The translations under genes were made by a program, and so were the position numbers. This document shows positions 7,724 through 14,861 of a stretch of DNA of 32,000 nt, piece after piece. The notes under the pieces are model-generated. The model saw only the letters and a list, made by a program, of their open reading frames with translations. It did no database searches and was not told the origin of the DNA. How positions within the stretch are numbered: position 1 is the stretch's first letter; every line of letters starts with the position of its first letter. This DNA is from Vibrio alginolyticus NBRC 15630 = ATCC 17749 (GTDB taxonomy: Bacteria; Pseudomonadota; Gammaproteobacteria; Enterobacterales; Vibrionaceae): assembly GCF_000354175.2 (NCBI RefSeq), contig NC_022349.1, forward strand, positions 960,001-992,000. Reading direction: 5' to 3'.

Positions 7724-8026
7724 TTACTGCTTACTCAACAGGAACTTACGCAAATCTCTCTCTGCACGCATAACAAACAGAATAAACACCTTGTCACCGT
7801 CTTGTTTATAGAAAACACGACATGGATTAGCGACAACTTCACGATAACTTAAATGTTCTAGCTCGAGTGGAATACGACCTGACTCTGGGAAAGTTTGTAG
7901 GCGTTCGACTTTGGAGAAGATCGTTTGTACTAACTGCTTTGCAGCTACGATATTTTCAAGTGCGATGTATTCAGCGATATCATTGAGATCAGATAACGCA
8001 GGTTCAGTCCAGATTACTTCAGCCAT
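7724..8026 (-). CDS. type II toxin, RelE/ParE superfamily (ParE-like)
   Basis: 100 aa. It begins MAEVIWTEPALSDLNDIAEYI and ends FILFVMRAERDL, typical of plasmid-stabilisation ParE-like toxins. It overlaps the upstream antitoxin gene by 13 nt. Confidence 0.85.
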   Translation of the reverse strand: MAEVIWTEPALSDLNDIAEYIALENIVAAKQLVQTIFSKVERLQTFPESGRIPLELEHLSYREVVANPCRVFYKQDGDKVFILFVMRAERDLRKFLLSKQ

Positions 8027-8271
8027 TTTGACATTTTGTCCTTGGCTTCATCATGACTTACCACTTTGCCGTCAGCTAGTGCACGCTCACCTCGTGCAAT
8101 ACCCTCAAGGATAGCTAAACGATTTTGCATAAATTCGTAGTCATCAACATCAACTAGATACGCAGATGGCTTACCATGCTCAGTAATTAACACTGGTTCT
8201 TTGGTGTCGTGGAGATCGGCGAGGATCTTAGTTGCTTGACGTTTGAGTGATGTAACTAGTTCTACTTTCAT
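8014..8271 (-). CDS. type II antitoxin, Phd/YefM family
   Basis: 85 aa. Sequence MKVELVTSLKRQATKILADLHDTKEPVLITEHGKPSAYLVDVDDYE matches the Phd/YefM N-terminal fold pattern. It is translationally coupled to the toxin. Confidence 0.85.
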   Translation of the reverse strand: MKVELVTSLKRQATKILADLHDTKEPVLITEHGKPSAYLVDVDDYEFMQNRLAILEGIARGERALADGKVVSHDEAKDKMSKWLK

Positions 8272-8294
8272 GAGAGCTGCTCCAAAGGAATACT

Positions 8295-8335
8295 AAAGTG
8301 ATACTATTCTATCACTTTGAGTATAGCAAGCTCCA
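8295..8335 (-). promoter_or_regulatory. putative TA promoter with operator palindrome
   Basis: On the - strand, TGcTATACT (extended -10, + coordinates about 8320-8328) is followed by a perfect 9-bp inverted repeat AAAGTGATA-N6-TATCACTTT (8295-8318). This sits just upstream of the antitoxin RBS GGAG. Confidence 0.5.
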
Positions 8336-8339
8336 TGAC

Positions 8340-8466
8340 GGCTAACGCCCAATTAAGGCGTGAGCGACGCCACCAAAGAACTTAAACCATTGCGCTGTAA
8401 ACACAAAAGCCGATTCAAACTAAAAATGCTATGCGTTGCGAATCGCTCTTGAATTGTTTGTTATGT
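8340..8466 (-). repeat. attC_13 (VCR-like, 127 bp)
   Basis: ggctaac...gttatgt. Inner stem gcgacgc/gcgttgc (imperfect). Confidence 0.9.
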
Positions 8467-8810
8467 TTTACCACAAACGACTCACTTTCTTGACAAAGAA
8501 CTGCTGTGCTCAAGAAATTGTTCAACTCACATCACACGAGTCAACCAACCATTATGACAAGTGCAACAAATGCAAAGCGCATAATAATTGAGACCTATCA
8601 TCAAAACCAAAGCGACTTTAAGCAAGATAAATTTTCAGAATAAATCCATAATTTCAATGGAAGCAACCCTGAGGTTTGAAGCTCAAAATCGGTTGAGAAA
8701 TCCAAGAATTTAGGCCACCGATATTGAATTTCTGAAACCATGAAGACAACTTATTAGAGTAACCAAAGAAGTAAACCAAAAACTATTTATTGCTTATAAA
8801 TCAATGTGAA
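8467..8810. other. ORF-less integron cassette, family D copy 1
   Basis: 344 bp with no ORF of 60 aa or more. It shares its first ~55 nt (ttttaccacaa..gactt..ttga.aaagaactgct) and later blocks (aagcgacttt.agc) with 19981..20434. Confidence 0.65.
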
Positions 8811-8936
8811 ACATAACGCCTTGCTAAGGTGTGAGCAACGCAATACCTTAGCCTCCGCATAATACCTTAAACACATAAACCGACACATAGTAAAAATGCC
8901 ACGGGTTGCGAATCACTCTTAAGCAACTTGTTATAC
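8811..8936 (-). repeat. attC_14 (VCR-like, 126 bp)
   Basis: acataac...gttatac. Carries the variant gccacgggttgcg. Confidence 0.9.
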
Positions 8937-8990
8937 CGCTTGGTTGAGGCTAAAATGACCAACATAAAAACCACTTAAGAGACCGATTAT

Positions 8991-9239
8991 ATGACCACTA
9001 GAATTTTAGCCGATGTTGCTGCAAGCATTACTGAGTTGAAAGCTAACCCTATGAAAGTTGCAACTAGTGCTTACGGCGAACCTGTTGCTGTATTAAACCG
9101 AAATGAACCAGCATTTTATTGCGTGCCTGCCGAAGCGTACGAAATGATGATGGACAGACTCGAAGATCTGGAACTACTAGCTATCGCTAAAGAGCGTGAA
9201 TCTGAAGAGAGCATTTCGGTAAATATTGATGACCTATAA
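8991..9239 (+). CDS. type II antitoxin, Phd/YefM (StbD/RelB-like)
   Basis: 82 aa. ILADVAASITELKANPMKV...EPVAVLNRNEPAFYCVPAEAYE. Inverted relative to the cassette array. Overlaps the toxin start. Confidence 0.85.
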   Translation: MTTRILADVAASITELKANPMKVATSAYGEPVAVLNRNEPAFYCVPAEAYEMMMDRLEDLELLAIAKERESEESISVNIDDL

Positions 9240-9519
9240 ACTCGACTTTAAAAAGAGTGCACTCAAAGAGTGGAAAAAGCTTGGCTCTACTCTGCAACAA
9301 CAATTTAAGAAAAAGCTAATCGAGCGCTTAGATAACCCACATGTTCCGGCTTCAAAGCTTTCTGGAGCTGACAACATGTATAAAATTAAGTTGCGTCAAT
9401 CGGGCTACCGTCTCGTCTACAAAGTTGAAGACGATGTCATCATTGTAACCGTCTTAGCAGTTGGAAAACGCGAACGTAGCGATGTTTACCGTAAAGCCAT
9501 GAAAAGGTTAGATGATTGA
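9229..9519 (+). CDS. type II toxin, RelE/StbE family
   Basis: ORF track starts at TTG 9226. ATG 9229 gives MTYKLDFKKSALKEWKKL...YRLVYKVEDDVIIVTVLAVGKRERSDVY, the RelE/StbE pattern. It overlaps the antitoxin by 11 nt. Confidence 0.85.
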   Translation: MTYKLDFKKSALKEWKKLGSTLQQQFKKKLIERLDNPHVPASKLSGADNMYKIKLRQSGYRLVYKVEDDVIIVTVLAVGKRERSDVYRKAMKRLDD

Positions 9520-9559
9520 TTGCGGTTGGTGTACCCCACAAAAAGTAGACAGTACATAA

Positions 9560-10342
9560 CTACATACTTTCGTACTCAACTGGGCTGACCTGCCCCAACG
9601 CTGAGTGTCTTCTTCTGCGATTGTAAAATACCTCGATGTATTCGAAGATGCCCATTCGGGCTTCTTCGACAGTTTGATAGTCTTCTGCGTATATCAGTTC
9701 GACTTTCAGTCGACTGTAGAACGACTCCATCACCGCATTATCCCAGCAGTTACCCTGCCGACTCATGCTCGGTACACCTCCATGCTTACGCATGAAGTCT
9801 TGATATTTGTAGGCTCTGTATTGTACACCACGGTCTGAGTGGATAATGACGCCCTTAGGCGGCTTACGTGACTCAAACGCCATTTTTAGAGCGTTAGTGA
9901 TTAGCTCGACGGTCATCGTTGTCCCAAGCGACCAACCCACAATGCGTCTTGAATGCAAGTCCATCACTGTCGCTAAGAAGAGCCAACGGCTCTTCACCCA
10001 GATATACGTAATGTCCGTAACCCATTTCTGATTTGGCGTCTCAGACTCAAAGTCTCTACGCAGTAAATTGTCGGCAACATTCGTCATAGCAGCCACATAA
10101 TTCACGCAGCAGGCATAGCCTGCTTCGTTGAGCTCTTCGGCTATTCGCACTGAGCCGTAACGTGCCCGATATTGGGCAAAGGTACACATGACGAGCTGTT
10201 CAAAGCGCTCTCGCCGCTTTGAACGCTCACTCGGCGTATGATGGCACCACTTATAATAGCCGCCCCGACTCACTTCTAAGGTGCGGCACATTAAGCTAAT
10301 GGAATACTCACCGACATAGCTTTCGATGAACTCGTACTTCAC
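9560..10342 (-). CDS. IS3-family transposase OrfB (DDE/rve core), internally deleted; expressed as an OrfAB fusion by -1 frameshift
   Basis: DDE-type motifs WVTDITYI, IIHSDRGVQY, NAVMESFYSRLKVE. It lacks 23 aa (DIMKEKGIRARNGKGFKYSKDVA region) that are present in copy 2. Confidence 0.85.
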   Translation of the reverse strand: MKYEFIESYVGEYSISLMCRTLEVSRGGYYKWCHHTPSERSKRRERFEQLVMCTFAQYRARYGSVRIAEELNEAGYACCVNYVAAMTNVADNLLRRDFESETPNQKWVTDITYIWVKSRWLFLATVMDLHSRRIVGWSLGTTMTVELITNALKMAFESRKPPKGVIIHSDRGVQYRAYKYQDFMRKHGGVPSMSRQGNCWDNAVMESFYSRLKVELIYAEDYQTVEEARMGIFEYIEVFYNRRRRHSALGQVSPVEYESM

Positions 10343-10647
10343 TCTTGCTGCTTCGCGAAGTACGCCGAGACCTTTTTTAGGAATTCCATTTCATCTTTGA
10401 GTCGCTTGTTCTCGCGCCTTAGCGCCCGAAGCTCTTCGGACTCTTTCTTCGAGTAATCGACACCGTCTAAGGTGTTAAACTGTTTATCAGATAGGCGTGT
10501 GAACTGGCGCTTCCAGTTTCGGATCTGCTGGGCACTGATGCCCAGCTCCTTGGCAACGGAAACGGCTGTTCGGCCAGGAAGACTGGCCAAGCGGACTGCT
10601 TCTTTGCGGAACTCTTCGGTGTACGCTGGATTACGATGTTTAGCCAT
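10339..10647 (-). CDS. IS3-family transposase OrfA (HTH plus leucine zipper)
   Basis: 102 aa. HTH is VSVAKELGISAQQIRNWKRQF. Coiled coil is LRALRRENKRLKDEMEFLKK. The protein is identical in all three copies. Confidence 0.9.
   Translation of the reverse strand: MAKHRNPAYTEEFRKEAVRLASLPGRTAVSVAKELGISAQQIRNWKRQFTRLSDKQFNTLDGVDYSKKESEELRALRRENKRLKDEMEFLKKVSAYFAKQQE
10372..10378 (-). promoter_or_regulatory. programmed -1 ribosomal frameshift heptamer A AAA AAG (IS copy 1)
   Basis: - strand reads CTA AAA AAG GTC in the orfA frame. A -1 slip continues into the orfB frame (KKGLGVLREAARVKYEF...). This is the classic IS3-family arrangement. Confidence 0.8.
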
Positions 10648-10715
10648 AAATCACCTCTCAATTAGACCCTAGATCTAACTTAGTAAAGTGTCTACTAAAC
10701 GTGGGGTACTCGGCG

Positions 10716-10841
10716 GTATAACGCCCTGTTAAGGGGTGAGCAACGCAATACCAATGCCGCCGCATACCACCTTAATCACTTAAACCAACGCATAGTGAAG
10801 ATGCCACGCGTTGCGAATCCCTCTTGAACAGTTTGTTAACT
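10716..10841 (-). repeat. attC_15 (VCR-like, 126 bp)
   Basis: gtataac...gttaact. Identical to attC_39 from its second base onward. Confidence 0.9.
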
Positions 10842-11182
10842 GAGCGCCTTTCAGTTTTCGCCGATTTTTCAGCCACTTTCGCCAAAGCTCGTTTTGCTAA
10901 TTAATGATTAGCAAAGCTAACTCAAATATGTGTTTAACAAAAAAATTACCGTTGATCTTTAGTTTGAAATGCGTCTCACAACACCATACTTCGGCGATGT
11001 AAGTGCGCCGAACTAATCGCGAACGCCTTATATTATTAGAAGGCTTTATGCCGCCTTTCACATCAGTAAGCTTAAGTACCAAACTGAAATTAGTCGCATT
11101 ACCTCAGCTAAGGAAACCGACCGAACACGCTAAACCTCCGAACCTAGAAACCGTATCAATGTGCTTTCGTATTTTCTGTGCC
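10842..11182. other. ORF-less integron cassette, family C copy 1
   Basis: 341 bp. It holds only two overlapping 61-aa ORFs without RBS. Contains the perfect hairpin tttgctaat-taatg-attagcaaa (10893-10915). Identical to 30345..30685. Confidence 0.7.
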
Positions 11183-11308
11183 AGTTAACGCCCTGTTAAG
11201 GTGTGAGCAACACAATACCGATGCTCCCGCATGCCACCTTAAACACTAGACGCAACGCATAGCAAAAATGCCACGCGTTGCGAATCACTCTTAAACAGTT
11301 TGTTATGT
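11183..11308 (-). repeat. attC_16 (VCR-like, 126 bp)
   Basis: agttaac...gttatgt. Confidence 0.9.
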
Positions 11309-11734
11309 GTTTGCGTGCTGAAGTTGAAAATGCAACTGAGACATTAGTGATTGATATACTTTCATAGTAAATACTTGCAAATTTTCCATACAAAACTCAC
11401 CACCAATAATTGGATGCAGATTCCAACCTAAGCATTCGTCTTGTTTTGGTTGTAGCCCGTGTTCGAGCGCCAAGTCATACCAACTAGTTAAAAAGACATT
11501 ATCACACCAATCTTGTGATTTATTCATTTTATTGTACTCATGAAAGTCCGAAGCAATTGTTTCATAGGTACCATCTAAAACCGATAACAATGAAATTGAG
11601 CCATCCACTTCACCAAATAGCCAGTCACCCATGATGGTTAGATACAAAGGTTTCCCTGTAGGATTAAGCAACCATTTCCACTGAGGTAACAAGGTATCTA
11701 TTTCTACGTCCGAGACTTCCCAAATAAACTGCAT
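11303..11734 (-). CDS. DUF1851 / Tdi1-like (T6SS immunity-type) protein, tentative
   Basis: ORF track gives 11303..11803 and runs into the IS end. I trimmed the start to ATG 11732-11734 (MQFIWEVSDVEID). The pattern WKWLLNPTGKPLYLTIMGDWLFGEVDGSISLL recalls DUF1851. This is from memory and not searched. Confidence 0.55.
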   Translation of the reverse strand: MQFIWEVSDVEIDTLLPQWKWLLNPTGKPLYLTIMGDWLFGEVDGSISLLSVLDGTYETIASDFHEYNKMNKSQDWCDNVFLTSWYDLALEHGLQPKQDECLGWNLHPIIGGEFCMENLQVFTMKVYQSLMSQLHFQLQHANT

Positions 11735-11805
11735 TTTTATCTTTCTCACTCTGTTTAGAAACCCATTGACACTGGTGTACCCCACAAAAAGTAGACAGTA
11801 CATAA

Positions 11806-12657
11806 CTACATACTTTCGTACTCAACTGGGCTGACGTGCCCCAACGCTGAGTGTCTTCTTCTGCGATTGTAAAATACCTCGATGTATTCGAAGATGCCCA
11901 TTCGGGCTTCTTCGAGGGTTTGGTAGTCTTCTGCGTATATCAGTTCGACTTTCAGTCGACTGTAGAACGACTCCATCACCGCATTATCCCAACAGTTGCC
12001 CTGCCGACTCATGCTCGGTACACCTCCATGCTTGCGCATGAAGTCTTGATATTTATATGCTCTGTATTGTACACCACGGTCCGAGTGGATAATGACGCCT
12101 TTAGGCGACTTACGTGACTCAAACGCCATTTTTAGGGCATTGGTGATGAGCTCGACGGTCATCGTTGTCCCTAACGACCAACCCACAATACGCCTTGAAT
12201 GCAAGTCCATCACTGTCGCTAAGAAGAGCCAACGGCTCTTCACCCAGATATACGTGATGTCCGTAACCCACTTCTGATTTGGCGTCTCAGACTCAAAGTC
12301 TCTTCGCAGTAAATTGTCGGCAACATTCGTCATAGCAGCCACATCCTTGCTGTATTTAAACCCTTTACCATTACGTGCCCTGATACCTTTTTCCTTCATG
12401 ATATCAGCCACATAATTCACGCAGCAGGCATAGCCTGCTTCGTTGAGCTCTTCGGCTATTCGCACTGAGCCGTAACGTGCCCGATATTGGGAAAAGGTAC
12501 ACATGACGAGCTGTTCAAAGCGCTCTCGCCGCTTTGAACGCTCACTCGGCGTATGATGGCACCACTTATAATAGCCGCCCCGACTCACTTCTAAGGTGCG
12601 GCACATTAAGCTAATGGAATACTCACCGACATAGCTTTCGATGAACTCGTACTTCAC
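11806..12657 (-). CDS. IS3-family transposase OrfB (full length, DDE/rve)
   Basis: 283 aa with the same DDE motifs. Includes the segment DIMKEKGIRARNGKGFKYSKDV that is absent from copies 1 and 3. Confidence 0.9.
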   Translation of the reverse strand: MKYEFIESYVGEYSISLMCRTLEVSRGGYYKWCHHTPSERSKRRERFEQLVMCTFSQYRARYGSVRIAEELNEAGYACCVNYVADIMKEKGIRARNGKGFKYSKDVAAMTNVADNLLRRDFESETPNQKWVTDITYIWVKSRWLFLATVMDLHSRRIVGWSLGTTMTVELITNALKMAFESRKSPKGVIIHSDRGVQYRAYKYQDFMRKHGGVPSMSRQGNCWDNAVMESFYSRLKVELIYAEDYQTLEEARMGIFEYIEVFYNRRRRHSALGHVSPVEYESM

Positions 12658-12962
12658 TCTTGCTGCTTCGCGAAGTACGCCGAGACCTTTTTTAGGAATT
12701 CCATTTCATCTTTGAGTCGCTTGTTCTCGCGCCTTAGCGCCCGAAGCTCTTCGGACTCTTTCTTCGAGTAATCGACACCGTCTAAGGTGTTAAACTGTTT
12801 ATCAGATAGGCGTGTGAACTGGCGCTTCCAGTTTCGGATCTGCTGGGCACTGATGCCCAGCTCCTTGGCAACGGAAACGGCTGTTCGGCCAGGAAGACTG
12901 GCCAAGCGGACTGCTTCTTTGCGGAACTCTTCGGTGTACGCTGGATTACGATGTTTAGCCAT
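12654..12962 (-). CDS. IS3-family transposase OrfA
   Basis: 102 aa, identical to copy 1 OrfA. Confidence 0.9.
   Translation of the reverse strand: MAKHRNPAYTEEFRKEAVRLASLPGRTAVSVAKELGISAQQIRNWKRQFTRLSDKQFNTLDGVDYSKKESEELRALRRENKRLKDEMEFLKKVSAYFAKQQE
12687..12693 (-). promoter_or_regulatory. programmed -1 frameshift heptamer A AAA AAG (IS copy 2)
   Basis: Same context as copy 1. Confidence 0.8.
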
Positions 12963-13030
12963 AAATCACCTCTCAATTAGACCCTAGATCTAACTTAGTA
13001 AAGTGTCTACTAAACGTGGGGTACTCGGGA

Positions 13031-13157
13031 ACATAACGCCGCGTTAAGTAGTGAGCAACATTTCCACCTAACCTAAACCATTGTGCCGTAAACACTAAAA
13101 TAGAAGCAAACCGAAAATGCCGAGCGTTGCGAATCTGTCTTAAACGCTTTGTTATGT
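13031..13157 (-). repeat. attC_17 (attC of the qnrVC cassette, 127 bp)
   Basis: acataac...gttatgt. Variant inner box gccgagcgttgcgaat. Confidence 0.9.
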
Positions 13158-13176
13158 GCGTAGCCGAATCTTGCGC

Positions 13177-13833
13177 TTAGTCAGGAACAATGATTACCCC
13201 TAATTGCTCCAGTAACTGCTCCTGTTGCCACGAGCATATTTTTACACCTGTTAGATCAATCTTTCGAGGGTCTAAACCATAAAGCTCTGAATGACTTAAA
13301 TCACAACCTTGTACTCTAAACTGTTCCCAGCAATCTTCCGAAAAAACGCCACGACTTAAATCTGACTCTTTAAATGAAGCGCCTCGAAGATTTGCACCAA
13401 TCCATCTATTTTCGAACAGGTCACATTTTTCAATAAGCTGCTGCTCAAAATTGGCATAGGATAAGTTACAACCTGTTATGTATGCAGAGCAAAAGTACAT
13501 TTTATTCGAAACCTGATTTACAAAACTAACTTGGCTAAAATTTGCTCCTTTAAGATCACAATCTCTCAGTTCAATACCAAAGCAATTTGCCCCCTTAAAA
13601 TGGGACATTGAAAGCTGACAGTTTTTAAATGAAGCATCTCGAAGATCAGCATAAGAAAAATCGCACCCTTCCAGTGCCCCCTGCTCTATGAAAGTACAGT
13701 TAATGAACTGTGTATCTCGAAGGTTTGAGCGCGTAAAATTACAATGTATAAAAGTACAATTGCTAAAGATATGTTCTTGCAAGTCCTGATGTGAGAAGTT
13801 CACTTGATTATATAATTGCTTTGATTTTTCCAT
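13177..13833 (-). CDS. qnrVC: QnrVC-type pentapeptide-repeat quinolone-resistance protein (218 aa)
   Basis: ORF track gives 13177..13872. The start ATG 13831-13833 yields MEKSKQLYNQVNFSHQDLQEHIFSNCTFIHCNF... and ends ...QLGVIIVPD. I recognise this as the QnrVC family at its canonical 218-aa length. The sequence is tandem pentapeptide repeats throughout. RBS is GGAG. Confidence 0.9.
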   Translation of the reverse strand: MEKSKQLYNQVNFSHQDLQEHIFSNCTFIHCNFTRSNLRDTQFINCTFIEQGALEGCDFSYADLRDASFKNCQLSMSHFKGANCFGIELRDCDLKGANFSQVSFVNQVSNKMYFCSAYITGCNLSYANFEQQLIEKCDLFENRWIGANLRGASFKESDLSRGVFSEDCWEQFRVQGCDLSHSELYGLDPRKIDLTGVKICSWQQEQLLEQLGVIIVPD

Positions 13834-14078
13834 GCTGTAGCTCCAAAAAACATTTGATTTGAAGACTACCATTTACCTGAAAGTTCTCAACAAAAACAAA
13901 ACCAATAAAAACAGACACTTAAAAAGCCCCATTTTAGCCAAAATAAGGCACCAAAACGGCATTTTAAAGGGGGCTAATTCAAAACAACCGATGCGGCCAG
14001 CTAGAAAAAAGTTTTAGTGAATCTGGCGGGTTTTAGAGAAAGCACTGGTGTACCCCACAAAAAGTAGACAGTACATAA

Positions 14079-14861
14079 CTACATACTTTCGTACTCAACT
14101 GGGCTGACCTGCCCCAACGCTGAGTGTCTTCTTCTGCGATTGTAAAATACCTCGATGTATTCGAAGATGCCCATTCGGGCTTCTTCGACAGTTTGATAGT
14201 CTTCTGCGTATATCAGTTCGACTTTCAGTCGACTGTAGAACGACTCCATCACCGCATTATCCCAGCAGTTACCCTGCCGACTCATGCTCGGTACACCTCC
14301 ATGCTTACGCATGAAGTCTTGATATTTGTAGGCTCTGTATTGTACACCACGGTCTGAGTGGATAATGACGCCCTTAGGCGGCTTACGTGACTCAAACGCC
14401 ATTTTTAGAGCGTTAGTGATTAGCTCGACGGTCATCGTTGTCCCAAGCGACCAACCCACAATGCGTCTTGAATGCAAGTCCATCACTGTCGCTAAGAAGA
14501 GCCAACGGCTCTTCACCCAGATATACGTAATGTCCGTAACCCATTTCTGATTTGGCGTCTCAGACTCAAAGTCTCTACGCAGTAAATTGTCGGCAACATT
14601 CGTCATAGCAGCCACATAATTCACACAGCAGGCATAGCCTGCTTCGTTTAGCTCTTCTGCAATTCGCACAGAGCCGTAACGTGCCCGATATTGGGCAAAG
14701 GTACACATGACGAGCTGTTCAAAGCGCTCTCGCCGCTTTGAACGCTCACTCGGCGCATGATGACGCCACTTGTAGTAACCACCTCGACTCACTTCTAACG
14801 TACGGCACATTAAGCTAATCGAGTACTCGCCTGTATAGCTTTCAATGAACTCGTACTTCAC
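14079..14861 (-). CDS. IS3-family transposase OrfB (internally deleted variant)
   Basis: 260 aa with the same deletion junction NYVA|AMTNV as copy 1. Confidence 0.85.
   Translation of the reverse strand: MKYEFIESYTGEYSISLMCRTLEVSRGGYYKWRHHAPSERSKRRERFEQLVMCTFAQYRARYGSVRIAEELNEAGYACCVNYVAAMTNVADNLLRRDFESETPNQKWVTDITYIWVKSRWLFLATVMDLHSRRIVGWSLGTTMTVELITNALKMAFESRKPPKGVIIHSDRGVQYRAYKYQDFMRKHGGVPSMSRQGNCWDNAVMESFYSRLKVELIYAEDYQTVEEARMGIFEYIEVFYNRRRRHSALGQVSPVEYESM

Larger units (their letters stand above)
9527..10713 (-). mobile_element. IS3-family insertion sequence, copy 1 (1187 bp; orfB 69-bp in-frame deletion variant)
   Basis: Imperfect terminal IRs TGGTGTACCCCAC... / ...GTGGGGTACTCGG. orfA and orfB are in a -1 arrangement. 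4-bp target duplication CGGT at 9523-9526 and 10714-10717. Confidence 0.9.
11773..13028 (-). mobile_element. IS3-family insertion sequence, copy 2 (1256 bp, full length)
   Basis: Same IRs as copy 1. orfB is intact (283 aa). The flanking 4-mers differ (acac at 11769-11772, gaac at 13029-13032), so there is no target duplication. Confidence 0.9.

Noticed and set aside
9605-10672. Antisense (+ strand) ORFs inside each IS copy (for example 9605..9838, 9846..10031 and 10472..10672, with equivalents in copies 2 and 3), plus the alternative - frame ORF 10467..10661.
   Set aside because: They overlap the well-supported orfA/orfB frames. They lack RBS and recognisable motifs, and they repeat only because the IS is repeated.
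10897-11188. Overlapping 61-aa ORFs (one per strand) in family C cassettes, duplicated at 30400..30691.
   Set aside because: TTG or weak starts without RBS, mutually exclusive frames and low-complexity products. The perfect duplication gives no selective information. I treat the cassette as ORF-less.
11196-11393. Recurrent 60-90-aa ORFs that lie on attC sites (also 19309..19560, 20868..21068, 26363..26554, 28144..28422 and 25179..25427). They share peptides such as ITNCLRVIRNAWHF..ALRLVFKV.
   Set aside because: They are translations of the conserved attC repeat itself. Their apparent conservation is nucleotide-level repeat conservation. They have no RBS, and they overlap the real cassette ORFs.
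13834-14045. I tried to pinpoint the qnrVC cassette-internal promoter in the 210-bp leader.
   Set aside because: Several TAAAAT-like -10 hexamers exist, but none has a convincing -35 or TG extension at proper spacing. I left it unannotated rather than guess.
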